Shown: in pieces, positions 1 through 13,454 of the stretch
How the letters are laid out: every line of letters starts with the position of its first letter
How positions within the stretch are numbered: position 1 is the stretch's first letter
Made by a program: the position numbers and the translations under genes
Source of the DNA: Chiloscyllium plagiosum
Taxonomy: Eukaryota
DNA: 64,000 nt
Direction: 5' to 3'
NCBI RefSeq assembly: GCF_004010195.1
Contig: NC_057753.1
Location: 14,297,937 to 14,361,936 of the forward strand
The notes under the pieces: generated by a model
The model's database searches: none
What the model was told of the DNA's origin: nothing
The model's input: only the letters and a program-made list of their open reading frames with translations

Positions 1-95
1 AACTCAGCAACTTATAGAGTAGGCCTGTGGACATGAACCTTTCAGCAGTGATGTGTTAAAAGTAGTTATATATTAGGAAATAGTTCATCTTGTCA

Positions 96-1430
96 TAAGA
101 TATAAACGCAGGATTAGCCCGTTTGGCCCATTGAGTCTGCTCCACGATTCAATCATGACTGATCTGCTCGTCATCTCCATTTTCATGCCTTCTCGTCATA
201 ACTCTTCAAAACATTACCAATTAAAAATCTATCTAACTCCTCCTTAAATTTACTCACCATTCCAACATCCACAGCACTTTGTGGTAACAAGTTCCACAGG
301 TTCACAACTCTTTCACAGAAGTCGTTTCTCCTCAACTCTGTTTTCTCCTCAACTAGAGTTGCAACAAAATGAAACATCCAATCCACGTCAATTTTATCGG
401 TACCTTTTATCATCTTGAATACGTCAATTTGATCTTCTAAATGTAATGGAGTTTTGATCTCAACCATTCAAGCTCTCTTCATACAACATGCCCCTCATCT
501 CTTGGATCAATCTAGTGGACCTCCTCGTGAATACCTCTATTTTTATCTTTCCTCAAATAAAATACTCCAGTGTGGTCTCACTGATGTGTTGTATACAACT
601 ATACTATGTGTTGTATACAACTATACAACATAAATCCTGCTTTTGTGTTGTATAGTTGCAGCAAGACTACTTGCTTTATATTCTATTCCGTTTGCAATAA
701 AAACCAATGTTCCATTTGCTTTCTTTATTATTTGCTGGACCAGTATGCTAGTTTTCTGTGACTCATGAACAAGGACACTCAGATACCTCTGCACTAGAGG
801 ATTCCAAAGTCTCTCCTAATTTAGATTATATTTCCCATTCCATTTCTTCGATAACAATGCATGACCGCGCATTTATCCATGTTAATCTCTATCTGCAACA
901 TTTGGCCCACTGTCCAAACACCCTTACATCCCTTTGTAAGGTTCTTATTTCCTTAATGAAATATACAGTCTTACCTATTTTTGTATCATCCACAAATTTG
1001 GCATTAGAACCATGTATCCCTGTATTTAAGGCGTTAATGTTGATTGTAAATAGCAGGGGTACAAGGACCGATCCCAGTGGCACACCAGTAGTTACATCTT
1101 ACCACTCAGAAAAGTATATATATCCCAACTCTGTGTACATCAGACGGTCAACTGACCAGGATAACAAATTACCCCAATCCCATATGATCCAACCTTTTGT
1201 GTTGCATCTTATCAAACGCCTTCTAGAGGTACAGTATATTATATTTGCAGGATATCCATTATTCAAATTACTTGTTACATCGTTGAAGAACACTCCCGCA
1301 AATTAGTCAAGAATGATTATAAAAGCATCATTCATAAAGCCAAGTGACTAATGGAATGCGTTTTGACTTTCCAAATTAACTCAAATTGCTTCGTTGATAA
1401 TTGATTCTAACACTTTCCCAACAACGGAAT
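96..1430 (-). mobile_element. CR1-type LINE, degenerate RT and 3' end
   Basis: PLGSVLVPLLFTININ...KFVDDTKIG and RRNDFCERVVNLWNLLPQSAV...KFKEELDRFL motifs. Confidence 0.85.
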
Positions 1431-3104
1431 CCTGCAAGAGTGAAGAAAGCAATGCTATCCGTTTGTAAACATATAAATATCCGGATATGTAAACGTGCAA
1501 ATTACCAGCGCGCAGATGTAATTTTGGAGAAGATATTATCGAACAATAATTCGAGCAGAAGGTGGAGATCTGAAAGAAAGCATTTTTTTTTATCTTTGTC
1601 GTAATTTCACTATATGTGACCAGTGATGGGTGTATTGGTGCATTGTGAATAGAGGGATTTCCGACATTTTACCTTGTAGATTTTTGAAAAGGTCAGGTTC
1701 TCACCTGATTCATTATATCCCCTCGTACAATAGCATCTCAAGCGGTCTGAAAACGTCAATGTTGTGATATCAAAAACGAAGATGCTCTTAGAATGCTCTT
1801 CGAAAGCAATAGCTCACTGTTCAAAGCTTTGTTCAAAACCTATGATTCAGTCATCGTAGAAGCAAACTACCAAATGAAGGCTCGATATATTGAGATCAAA
1901 GACAACGGCATGGTATTATTAGTTGCTACATTATGGCGTCTCCAATGAAAGGGAGGCTGACTTCTCTGACAGAAAGAACCCAAAAGAAGTAGAGTTTGAA
2001 GGTGAAACCAAGGATATGGAGAAGATGGCAGACGAGATAAAGTTGGCACCAAGTGATAAATAATGAGTGAACAGAGTAGATCGATGGCAGTGATACCGCG
2101 AAACATCCGGAGAGGGAGAATGTTCGAGAGGTATACATTAATTTCACTGTTACTGTGAGTCTACACACACACTCACACGCACGCGCGGGCCGTGGCTGCC
2201 ATGCCGTGTTTGAATCGGAGAGACGCAAACTATGTGTTGGCAATGATGATGGGAGGATTGATTTAGCATTCTCTCCATGCACTCGAATCAACATCGGCAA
2301 TCACACTCATTCCGAAGTACAGCCATCAATAAAGTTCTGTTGCGTTTCCAGAGGCTTCCACCTCATTCATTCGTTTCAGGAATTGTTTATGAAACGCAGA
2401 CATGGGGAACAGTCTCCCAGATTACTGCATACAATTCACACGACAGCACATTGTTTGGGGTGAGGTTCTGTTCTGTCTCTGCGCACGCTCAATCTGCACT
2501 TAGTTTTCCCAGCAGTTTAGGGACACAATTTAGTGACAATTTTACACGAGCTAACTTTGGTTTTCTCTCAAGAATTCTCATGGAATAACTTCCATCCATG
2601 ATGATTAGTTCTTTATATTCACAGAAACTTTATACCGAAGACTCAGCTCATCCTTTTTCCCAAATTTCTTAACTGGGGAAATTTCGTGTCGTTAACGAGT
2701 TCAGAGGTTCCCCAAATTACCAGCGCCATTCCCAAAATGTCCACCACACTTGTAATCCCTATCCCCTCACAAAGTATACTCTCTCAAATTACAATCCCTC
2801 AAAACCTATCTCCCACCCCACTGAACCCATTTGCAAACATATTCAGTGGGATCTCTCATATCACCTTTACACTTCTTTATGCTGGCCCTCTGTTGCTGTT
2901 TCTCTGTACTCAGCTGAAAATTATCTGTCACCCCTTTTTGGATCCTCTCAAAATTCTTCACCAAGTTTTCACATTGGTTTCGCTTTCTCGGGGGTCTAAA
3001 TTGCCTTTACACTGAGCACAGAGCTCTCAAAAACATAACCCGTTGAATATATGAATGATGTCACAATAACTGATTAGGTTGCAGCACCCTCAGTGGGTGG
3101 GGAT

Positions 3105-3157
3105 GTGTGTTTGTGTGTGTGTATGTCTAAATGTATGTTTATTTTGTATATTCTTCA

Positions 3158-3188
<31 letters not shown>

Positions 3189-3220
3189 TGTGTGAATGAC
3201 TGTGTTTGTGTGTGTGTAGC
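3105..3220. repeat. Compound (TG)n/(GA)n microsatellite
   Basis: Directly visible. Confidence 0.8.
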
Positions 3221-3689
3221 TGTGCATTCCAATCTAAGTCTTAATGTGTGCATCTGTATGTCTGCATGAATATTCAGGTAACCATTGTTGGTATTTGCAT
3301 GTGTGCTCTGCCATGTTCTGGCAGCTTAATGCAGAAAATTGTTTTTCCATGTGCGCGGGTGTAGAATCGAATTTCGTTATGTTGTCACGTGATCTAACGG
3401 CAAGAAGTGCAAGAATACATTGACAGGTTTGCAAAGTTGCTGTGAACCAGCGTCATCTCTGATACAAGCCCTTAATTTTTAAACAAACAAGCACCAAAGA
3501 TACAAACACTATTTTTTAAATATAAATAATAAAAGCAGAAATACAACAGAAAAGAGAGTCAAGAAGGAAGTGGGAAGTGTCAATATCTAAAAGTCTTCCC
3601 TTCATAAAAGTGACCTGACCTCCGTAAGGTAATTGGGACTTCCTCCCTGAAGCAGAGATTTTCCTGAACATCCAAACATCTCATCTACT

Positions 3690-4165
3690 GTGCCCGTTGC
3701 TCCCGATGTGGTCTCTTCAGTATTAGTGACACAGGACGCCAAATGTGAAACATATCAGGGAACATCTCTGGAACACACGCACCAAACAATCTCACCACCC
3801 TATAGCTGACTACTTCAACTCACCCTCCCGCTCTGCCAAGGACATGCAAGTCCTTGGCCTCCTCCACCGCCAAATCCAAGTCAGTTGACGACTGGAGGAA
3901 GGACACCTTATCTTGAAACTTGGGACCCTACAACCACATGGCATCAACGTCGATTTCAACAATTTCCTTATCTCCACTCTAACCACCGTATTGCAGATCC
4001 AACTCAGTAATGCCGCACAATCCTCTTGAAATGTCCTTTTAGTCCATCTTCGCTTTACCACCTGTCCACTCCATCTTCCTTCAACCTTCAACCCCCCACC
4101 TGCATCTACCTATCCTCTTCCCAGCTACATTTCCATATCCCCACCCTCTGATTTACCTCTCAGAC
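3690..4165 (+). mobile_element. Penelope-like element fragment (GIY-YIG 3' region)
   Basis: CSRCGL..I.DTGR, YFNSPSRSAKDMQVLGLL and RLEEGHLILKLGTLQPHGINVDF motifs. Confidence 0.75.
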
Positions 4166-4194
4166 CCTGTTAAAATATGTTCAGGCTTTGATCA

Positions 4195-4530
4195 ATCCAG
4201 CCATTGCAGGCCAGTCCCCGAACTTTGTCGGTCCCAGTATATGTAGTGGCTGCCCCAGATCGAACCCACTGGTTTTATAGGTCAGTCTCAATGCTTTTCT
4301 GGTTCTCCCCATCTTTGCCTTCCGCTTGGTCAACACTACTCAGAATGAACATCTGGTGAAGTAAGCCAGCATTCATTACATTGCGGTGAGACCAGGTTGT
4401 GTAACTCGACCAAGCCTGCCCACTCAACAAACTGAAAACACGTTAAAATTGGGGTAAAATAGAAATAATTGAACCCTACACACTGGAGAGGAATGCAAGA
4501 AGGACAGGAAGAGGCCTCAGTGACACCATG
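4195..4530 (-). pseudogene. Old, truncated Ig-like V relic (leader + FR1-FR2)
   Basis: Minus strand, with frameshifts, reads ...LRLTYKTSGFDLG(S)HYIYWDRQSSGTGLQWL. Leader-like MVSLRPLPVLLAFLS ends near 4483. The 3' half is replaced by PLE sequence. Confidence 0.7.
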
Positions 4531-5010
4531 CTTCCTGATGCTGTATTAACTGAGACAGTCCACCCTGCAGTCGGTCATTGACAAAACAGTTTGGCATATA
4601 TCTGGACTCTGATCTTCAGTCATGAATAGGCAGAAGAAGACATTAGGTATCCGTTTCCTCAGATTGATGTCTAATATAAATATGCAGGGTTATTCCCATA
4701 CCCAGTAGCCTGCGCGTCAGTACCATCTCATTGTCAATGTTGGAGAATTGACAAATGCTGTGACTCAGCATAACTACTTTACTCGTTACATCCTGAACAA
4801 AAATACAGATTGTCAAGCCTGGTTTGTCTGCTATAAAACAATGTCGGTTTTATCAAATCCCATTAATTCTTCCCAAATGTTCTGTTATCCATGTCTCTCT
4901 GTTTTCCTCTCTATCCTTTCTTTTATGTTAGACTTTCGCTCTGTTTTGGACAATGATTTTACACGGTGTCCTAGACAAGACAGGATATTCTTGTCTCTCA
5001 CATTCAGACA

Positions 5011-5355
5011 GGTTTACGTATGCATCTTTTCATTTAATGCAGCACTGTGAGACTGATCATGATCCAGAAGCATTTCCCGGGTTCCTCACCCTACAGCTCT
5101 TAGATTGTTAAACTAAAAACTAAAACGTTTTGGGCAGAGAAACCATGAAGCGATTTCTGGCAAGTGCAGCACTATCACTGAAGACATCCACAATGCAGAT
5201 AAGAATATCCTGGTGGCCACGTGTGAGACGTACCCAGTGCCACGGTAGGCAGGCACTCATATCCGATGTGTAGAAGCAGGTGAGGGTTACACTGTCTCCA
5301 ATCCGAGCAGTCATCTCATGCTCCAGCTGGTGACTGAGCGATTCAGACAGGCTCA
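5011..5355 (-). pseudogene. TCR alpha/delta-type V pseudogene (family B) with 23-RSS at 5011-5049
   Basis: SLSESLSHQLEHEMTARIGDSVTLTCFYTSDMSACLPWH...SDSAALARNRF, with frameshift and stops in FR3. RSS is CACAGTG-23-ACGTAAACC. Confidence 0.78.
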
Positions 5356-7112
5356 CTGAAGGACATGGATAATAAGGCAGTTTGTTTGGAAGAGCTTAAT
5401 GAAACTGACACTGTTCTTGTAATGCAGAGGAGAGACGGAGAAAATGAGCTTATTGTTTTAATGTTTTACCTTTATATTGTTTTGAAGTTGACTTTCGAAC
5501 TGATTGTCAGGATCAGTCGACCATATGAAGAGGTTACAGTTGAAAGTCAGTGGGTATTTAAGGGCATCTTCCACAATTGAACAAGACATGATGTTACTCT
5601 CAAACCTACCTCACTGCACATTCATAACAACCTTGCATCCTCTTGGTCATCGAGAAAGTATTTAGCTCTGCCTGAAAAATATTATAACATTTTGCATTGA
5701 ATGCCTCTTCAGAAAAGACATTGCAAATATTCAGCGCTCTAAACATTCAAAACGTTTCCTTCTCTCTAAATGTAATGGGTTCTCCCTTAATTTTAACGCC
5801 TGAAAATTAGTCTATATGATTCAAAACATCCACGTCTGAATTTTCTATTCTCCACAGGATATCTCTAAAGGCTTTCTCGACTTTTTATGTCTTTCTCAAC
5901 TTTGAACCGACAGCACAGACAGCAAATTATTCCAAAGTTTCATTTTCGTCTGATGAAGAAATGCCTTCTCAAAACTACCTTGAATGCGTACCTCCTTATA
6001 TTAAGATTATGTGTTCCACTCCCAGACTGTTCCAAAGGGGGAAACAGCATTTCTGCATTTACACTGTTCAATTTTCATTGCAACTCTCTCGACTACGTGG
6101 GACATGAAGGTGGGCCTCTTTGAAGAAAGGGAGTGAAACAACCACAGTGTCCCAAGATCCCTCCACGCAGCTTGCTCCTAGACTGAAGAGTTATTATTAT
6201 GAGAAATGCAAAGCATGTTTGATCTTATTCATTTATCATGATGCTTGCAAACACCGAACAACTTAACGTAATGTTCTGTTGTTTTCCTGGTGTTCTACTG
6301 TGATTGGTTCCGCACTCAGCGTCCAGGGATGGAGACCAATGACTTAGCTGTTAGATGCTGCGAACAAGTAGAGGAATTAAGCACGTTTTCTGGCATTAGG
6401 GAGACAGTTAAATTAACGTTGAGTATAATCGAGTTTTGATTCCATTTCCTGGATTAGGCTCATGACATTGTGAGGTCTATCCATTGTGTGTGAGTCTTTC
6501 TTAACCCACAAATTCACACTTCGTGCATACATCCTCTTGTCAACCTGTGGACAATATTTCCGGTGGACAAACATAGGAGAAGGTTTAAGCAATGTCCAAA
6601 ATGACAGGCAACTGAACATAGAAAACCAAAGCACAAAATAAACATTAAAGCATGAGAAACGAATTTATGACTGTTGGCTGGTTATGCGAGTTAAGGGAAA
6701 CAAATACTGCACACTGTGCTGGGCGTGCCTACTGTCGATTTGAATGATGCTGTGTACTGCCGCACTCCCTCTGATTGTATCCCTCTTTCATTTCACCTTG
6801 CTTGTGTGCAGTAACAGAGAACGACCAGGAATGGGTGCAGTTGTATCACGTGAAACTGAAGGGATTGAATAAGGGAAAGAGTCTGTGATTTTTTTTTAAT
6901 GCATCCACTTTCATCTTTTAGTCATTTTTTTCCCCCAAGTGATGCACAGCCGTTTCTGAACTGACATTGGACAGCTAAGTCAACGTTCTTAACCGTTTGT
7001 AAATGTTTCCAATAAGTCACCAAAAATGGCAGAACAATACAAAGCAGAAAGTGCACACACATTGAAACACAAGGGCAGAGATCAAAAAGCAAATATGTAC
7101 AACGAAAGATTC

Positions 7113-7113
<1 letters not shown>

Positions 7114-7184
<71 letters not shown>
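7114..7184. repeat. (CA)n microsatellite, ~35 units
   Basis: Uninterrupted AC repeat; not expanded at the paralogous sites (17130, 24545, 31235). Confidence 0.95.
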
Positions 7185-7188
<4 letters not shown>

Positions 7189-8070
7189 TATTAGCATTAA
7201 CATTGCAATGAGTATTTGGAAACCATCGGTGATCCAGGCATTTGCCCTTTTGGTTAGTGTCTGGGTGATTTACAAGAACAGCACTTCCTGCACTGGCGAT
7301 TGTGTAATATAAAATGTTCAGAAACTGTTTATTTCTGTGTTATATTCCTATGACTAAGAGATGACGATAGAGTAGCGATTAGTATTGATTATCTTCAATC
7401 TGAATGCCATGACCCCAGATGAGTTGCATTTTAGAATTTCGGCACAAATCATTCTGTCAACTTGCATGTTGCCATTCTTAGACAACTATATTACTCGGTT
7501 TATAAAACATTCGCTTTATTGTTGAATGTTGCGTGGTAACCAAATAAAAGATCGGAACCACCTTCCAAACCGACGACAACACACATCGAGAAGGCCAACA
7601 GCAACAGATAAATGGGGGCAACCTCCGCTGCAAGTTCCCTGCCAAGTCACCTATCATTCTTAATCAGAAATTTATCTTCGCACCTTCTGTATCATTTGGT
7701 CAAAATCCTGCCAATCTCTCTCAAACAGTTCCATGTGTCTACATAGACAGCACGTACTAAAGCAACGTCACAATTCAGCTCACCACTATCCTCTCAAACT
7801 ATATTGGGGTGAACAACTTAGCCAGCCAGCGCTGCCCCATCTCCACAGGGAACAACTCGCCAAGTAGTCAACGCAATCATTAGGGAATTGAGTTGAGACA
7901 TTTTCTCAAAGTAAATGTTGAGAATCTGACACTCTGTCAAATGGCAAGTAATGTCTGTGTGAAAAGGCTTTTCTTTTTTTTCTATTGCCACAGAGGCAAG
8001 CACGAGGGTGTGATGAGAATGTTTTTTCGTTTGAGGATACTTTGACAAAAATCAGGATGAGTGAAAATAA

Positions 8071-8260
8071 GGAGAAAGTGAGCTCTGCAGATGCTGGAGA
8101 TCAGAGCTTAAAATGTGTTGCTGGAAAAGCGCAGCAGGTCAGGCAGCATCCAGGGAACAGGAGAATCGACGTTTCGGGCATAAGCCCTTCTTCAGGAATC
8201 AGGTTTCCTGAAGAAGGGCTTATGCTCGAAACGTCGATTCTCCTGTTCCCTGGATGCTGC
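8071..8260. mobile_element. Short fold-back PLE-derived element with two inverted hammerhead cores; 14-bp TSD ATGAGTGAAAATAA
   Basis: TSD at 8057-8070 and 8261-8274. Near-perfect inverted arms of ~55 bp. CTGAAGA-AGGGC-TTAT-GC(C/T)C-GAAACGTC on both strands. Absent from paralogous sites (e.g. 18005, 25430). Confidence 0.8.
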
Positions 8261-8392
8261 ATGAGTGAAAATAAACCAAGGTACATTTATGAGAATAAAT
8301 GTCTAGTTCTTTCGTTGGGAAATACAATGCGTTTCCAGGGAGCAGGATGCTTGTACCTATGACTTCTCTGATCACTTCATTCCACGTTGCAG

Positions 8393-8698
8393 AACTCGTG
8401 GCCAAAGAACTGATCACTTGTCTTCTCTGGCAGTGGAGGCTGTGAAGGCATGAAGGTGACAATAACTGCAAAACCACACCTTCCTCAGCTTCTTGCAGAA
8501 GATCTGTTGTCGCGACGGAGGTGCGCCACAACATCTCAGCATCGTCTAAGGCAGCGTGGCCTGAGCAGCGAGAATCGGGCCCCTCTTCACTGCAAGCAGA
8601 AACACAGCGTTCTTACTGTCAGCAAAATCAGAACAGATGCCGCCATGTACCTCTGAGCTGTGATGACTGTCAACTCAGTTGGCAGCCAGTCCGGAAAC
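8393..8698 (+). pseudogene. TCR-type V pseudogene in opposite orientation (family C)
   Basis: TTGCAG acceptor; FR3 KHSVLTVSKIRTDAAMYL*AV with TGA at the Cys104 position; degraded RSS; leader-like sequence at ~8290-8340. Confidence 0.62.
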
Positions 8699-9069
8699 AA
8701 TGGGCAGACAGGATATATATCGGTGGCCTCGCCATCTGAACATCAACAACTGTACAGCAGAGAAACAATCTCTGAGAGAAAGTGAATTTTGTGGATTTTC
8801 CACGTACAATGTGGAAATATTCCATGCTTCATAATCGGTGAGAATCTAGTCCATAATTCATTTTCTAAACAAAGTGTTCAGAGATTTTATAACACACTTT
8901 TAGAATTGGTGAGTCTCGAGTCTGAATCCATTTGAACCAAATATGGGGACACTGCCTTTGCACATCAGTAACCCCTCAGAATTTCAAGTGTGACTCAGAA
9001 GGATTGATTCGATTAAGGATTATGAGAATATTCAATGTTAATTAAGCAACTATCTTTATCTTTACGTCT

Positions 9070-9415
9070 TTAAAATCTGCTTTATTCTCGCCTCCTTCTG
9101 AATATCTTCTCACTATATACTCGGGTTGAGTTATTAAGCACTGTCAGTACCATTCCAATGAATAATAGTTCTCTGTAAAATCACAAATTAGAATCACTGC
9201 CTCTCCTTTTGTCAGAGCATCTGAGGAGAGCAACTGAGCGACTGAATATCCATGACTTAAATCTGAAATTGTAAACAGGCATTAATTACAAAATGTCACG
9301 CTGGCATCAAGTAAAATTATGATTTGAAAAAATGAATTTCAATTGAATTTCCTCCGCATTTATCTTTCAGAATTATTCCTCACACAAAAAAAAACAAATG
9401 CTGAGAAAACATATA
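9070..9415 (-). pseudogene. 3'-truncated TCR delta-type V (leader + FR1 to start of FR3; no RSS)
   Basis: Homologous to ~34085-34426 up to GGENKADF, then fused to flank. A second copy of the leader and promoter lies at ~9740-9930. Confidence 0.7.
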
Positions 9416-9942
9416 GTTTCTACCATTGGTCTTACTGATGTTATGAAGATGTGGGCGCACCTTTAAGAGAGTGAAGGACTTGGCAAGTACACCGAGGGTT
9501 GGAGAATGTACAAAGTAACATTTGTTCCAGAACAAACCGCACGACCTGTTGAAATTGGCCACTTAAGCCACCGGCGTGATATGAGCCACATGTAAAACTT
9601 GGGGATCCACAATACACGCTCTATCAAAATACAGTCTCTGAAATCCAATCTCCTGCATTTTTGAATTCAATTTCAATCTTTATGCAGCAGAATCTCTGAA
9701 ATCTTTTGTGTACCGTTGAGAAATGAACCGAAATTGTATTTCCTCTGCATTTACCTGTCCAAATTGATCCCCAAACAAAAAAAATGTTGAGAAACCATAT
9801 AGTTTTCATCCTCAGTATTACTGGTGTTATGAAGATGTGGGTGCACCTTTAGGAGGGTGAAGGAGTTGGCAAGTACACCGAGTGCTGGAGAATTTACAAA
9901 GTAACATTCGATTTAGAACAAACAGCACTCGTTGAGTTGCTA

Positions 9943-10532
9943 TGTGACAAGAATGGAAATTCGAATTCGGCCAATCTGTTTAATTTATACTCCAAAAACA
10001 TTCAAACTCCAATCCGATTTGAATTGAGTATATTGACAATTTTAATTGCTAATGACAGAATCCAATGCTTTGAGAGGTACAAGACTGGAGAAAATTGAAC
10101 AGTTGACAGGAGAGCAGCTGAATCCAGCATGTAAACAGACTGCTTGAAAAATAGCTGTCCTAAAATTAAATTTTCGATTAGTGACATGTGACGCAGAAAT
10201 TCCTAAGAAGAAGAAAAGAAGACGCAGGACGATCCGAATAGAAGCAGGAAATCTGAATGGTTTTGCAACAGGAAGTGTGGTTTTGTAAATCTTAATTAGG
10301 AGTTTTATCGACCGAGTGTTATAGAAGGGAAAGTAAAAGATAGGTTAGAGGAAGAAATTGTAAATTTTGGTTCGTTAACTATTCTCTGTTATACTTTGCT
10401 AAGTTAACTTTTCATTTTTTTACTTTAAATTGTTCTTAGCCACTCGAAGTTTTACAGATTACTGCACAGTATAAATGTTTTCTGTGTTGCTAGTTTTAAG
10501 TTAAGCAAGAGAGTTTACCCAATGTTACAACA
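9943..10532. mobile_element. Possible solo LTR or unclassified insertion
   Basis: Cassette-specific ~590-bp insert bounded by TGTGAC...TTACAACA; no TSD found. Confidence 0.3.
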
Positions 10533-11554
10533 TTGGGCTGTCAGATGTTTGAGGACACCCCATTCTAAAATTCCGCCCTCAAAGTACTGCTGCACTGACA
10601 CTGATTGATCCGACATTATTGCCAATTTTCATTCATAAAAGTGAGATCGTGGGAGGAAGAGAGCTGACTCTCAATGAATTGACTCTCCTCAAGCTGGGTT
10701 AAGGTCATTGCTTTTAGCACAGGGCACTGAGCATTCTAAAATGAACACTTTCATACATGCTAAGCAATTCCCCAGATTCCCAGTGTGCTGTGTCTCGAGA
10801 TCCTTGTTGTTATAAACCATTCATTGAAATTGGCCGTGTATGCCATGTCAGGCTCACGTAAACCTTGTGGACCAAGAATCCACACGCTCTCAAAATACAA
10901 CCCCACAATCCAATCCTCTGTATTAAGGAACTCAGTCTTAACATTTATCTAGCATTATAAAAGTCCCCTTTATTCTGGTCCTCCAGTAATATTTCTCTGT
11001 ATGCATGCTCAGGATCATCAAGATTTCCTGTTTTCGTTCATTTCAGACATATTTAGTGAGCTGTGTCTCACCTTCTTCCTCCATCTCCCTGTGTTTTATT
11101 TTTCTCTGTATAACTGAACACAGAGGCCTGACAGAACAGGACCAGTCTTATATGTGAATGAAGACACAGTTGCTGCCTCAGAATCCAGTACGTCAAGGAT
11201 CTGTGTCTCTGTGTCTGCAAGTTATTTACGTGAGAGTCTGTTTTATTTTGTGTTTGTGTCTTCATAACTGCTTGTGTGTGCATGTATTTGGTGTGTTTGT
11301 GTTCCTAGGTCATTCTGTTTGCTAGCTGGTGCCCAAGTGTGCTTGATTGTGGACGTGGTTGAGTGTTTGCATCTGCATTTGTACCTCTGGGAATGTGTGC
11401 ATTTTTGTAGTGGATGTGCGTTTTGAGTATGTGTTTTACGGCTGTGCACTGCATTGTATGTGTTCATTTGTATGTGACTACATGAATGTTTATTTGTGTT
11501 GATTGTCTTTCACGTGTTTGTCGCTGTGTTTCGGTGTGTTTACAGTTTCTGATA

Positions 11555-11785
11555 TTAGATTAGATTAGATTTAGATTAGATTACAGTGTGGAAACAGGCC
11601 CTTCGGCCCAACAAGTCCCGGAGCACCCGGAGGAAACCCACGCAGACACGGGGAGAATGTGCAAACTCCACACAGTCAGTCGCCTGAGGCAGGAATTGAA
11701 CCCAGGTCTCAGGCGCTGTGAGGCAGCAGTGCTAACCACTGTACCACCGTGCCGCCCACTGCCACCGTGCCGCCCACCGTGCCGT
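11555..11785 (-). mobile_element. tRNA-derived SINE (shark HE1-type), internally deleted, with (ATTAG)n tail
   Basis: A/B-box-like head (GTGGTTAGCACTGCTGCCTCACAGCGCC...GGTTCAATTCC on the minus strand) and CR1-like tail. Confidence 0.8.
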
Positions 11786-12774
11786 TTCGCTGCGTGGTGT
11801 CCTGCCTATCACAGTGCCTGATTTTAAAGTTGTTTAAAATAGTTACAATACTCATCTGCAGCGTTGCTTCACATGTCTAATGTCAATGCAGAAGTAGCTG
11901 TTCGTTGCTTGCAGTCACGCATTGTCCAGAGGGGTGGTAATGAATGAACGAGCAGAAAAATCTCACACTCTTTTTCCCGGTTTCCCTGCAAATTGTTCAA
12001 CATGACATAATGCCACCCTCTGTTGCTAGATGTCTGTTCCGTTACAAGACAAAGATGATGACCTTCTGGGATTCAGTCAGAGGGAGGACAGGAGCATATA
12101 GCCCCATTCAAACCCAAAGTAGATTAACTCACACGGAGATTCAGCGTGCCGTCTTGGCAGATCTCCACTCACATTCTTTGTTAAAGTTCACTAATTTGCT
12201 GGGTTTTTATTGTATGCTTCTCTTTGCTTGAATGCCTGGTTTTCTGAAAAGTTTTTTCCACATCTCCCATGACTAATTTCGAGGAGTCATAATTTTTTTC
12301 AGCCGGTGTTTTGGGGACTCAAAGTGAGTTTCTGGATCAGCATTGGTATGTACACACTCAACAGATCTCACAACACTAAAATGTTAATCCTTAAACCAGA
12401 CTCGTAAAATTAGTCTGTCTCGCTCATTCTCTTAAAACTCACACATTACTTGATTTATTCATAATGATTAAGAGGCAGACATGCATCTCCAAACAAGGAA
12501 TCTAAACTGTGCAGCCACTTCCGGGAAAACAGCACTAACATGACACAAAATCTAATGAGGTTATTAGAGGGCAGGAGTTCTGAAGAGAAATGAGGGAAAG
12601 TAAACATGCTTTATGTTTAACACCGTCAGAGTCATGTTTCCATTTGTAGGCAGGATGAGTTGGCAGGGAGACATTTCAGTAGTTTGCTTACCTTTGTGTC
12701 AAGAGATCGAACATCCCCTATAGGGTTGAAATGAAGACTTGGCACTGCAGAAGCGGAAGTGTTGCTACCTTGAA

Positions 12775-13090
12775 TGGGGATGTATCGGAATAGTAGGGAT
12801 AAAATCTGAAGAATTACTCCCACTCTTTTGATGGAGATAAGGAGGAATGTCTTTTATTGAAAGGCAAAAAAAATCTGGGGAATTATTCACTACAGTTGTT
12901 GGGTTGCAATGTGTAATCTGGGCTGCGATACAGGTGTTTTCATGAGTAAGGGAATCAAGATTTCTGGAGAATACAGAAATGTGGAGCTCAAAATTATCAG
13001 ATCAGCTATGATATCTCAGATGTTTGTAACCAACCCGATGGACTGAATGCATTGTTTTTCTCTTCCATGCCTTCAGTACTGAAGGCCTTA
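12775..13090 (+). mobile_element. Ancient CR1 3'-end relic co-duplicated with the cassette (also ~40030-40340, 44260-44590, 52890-53210, 59210-59510)
   Basis: RRNFFSQ-like segment and GGGAATCAAG...TTATCAGATCAG...GATGGACTGAATG tail. Confidence 0.6.
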
Positions 13091-13349
13091 TGGCTGCGGC
13101 CAAATGACAATGCAGCCTCATGCATATGCCCTTCAGACAATTAGTTACTAAGATATGGCATACTCGAGCAAATTCCTGGAAGAAAGAGAAGTAAAGCAAT
13201 GTCTAATGCAAGTAAATAGATAAACATATACATACACATGATGTTGAAAGTACTAGTTCTTTGAAGGTAGCCGTGAAGAGCACATTATTCAGGAGTAACA
13301 CAATTAGCCAGTAGAGATATAAAGTGCAAAATGGCTCCCTTTTTCAGTT

Positions 13350-13454
13350 GAAAATGTGTTGCTGGAAAAGCGACATCAGATGCTGCCTGACCTGCTGCGC
13401 TTTTCCAGCAACACATTTTCAGCTCTGATCTCCAGCATCTGCAGTCCTCACTTT
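13350..13454. mobile_element. Short fold-back PLE-derived insertion; TSD CTCCCTTTTTCAGTT
   Basis: Same family as 8071-8260. TSD at 13335-13349 and 13455-13469. Absent before Ig-like V copies 2-4. Confidence 0.75.

Noticed and set aside
758-1306. 182-aa plus-strand ORF
   Set aside because: Antisense to a degenerate CR1 reverse transcriptase.
11555-11785. tRNA gene or CRISPR-like short repeats (CCACCGTGCCGC x3)
   Set aside because: This is the tRNA-derived SINE head with a local tandem duplication, in a eukaryotic context with no spacers or cas genes.
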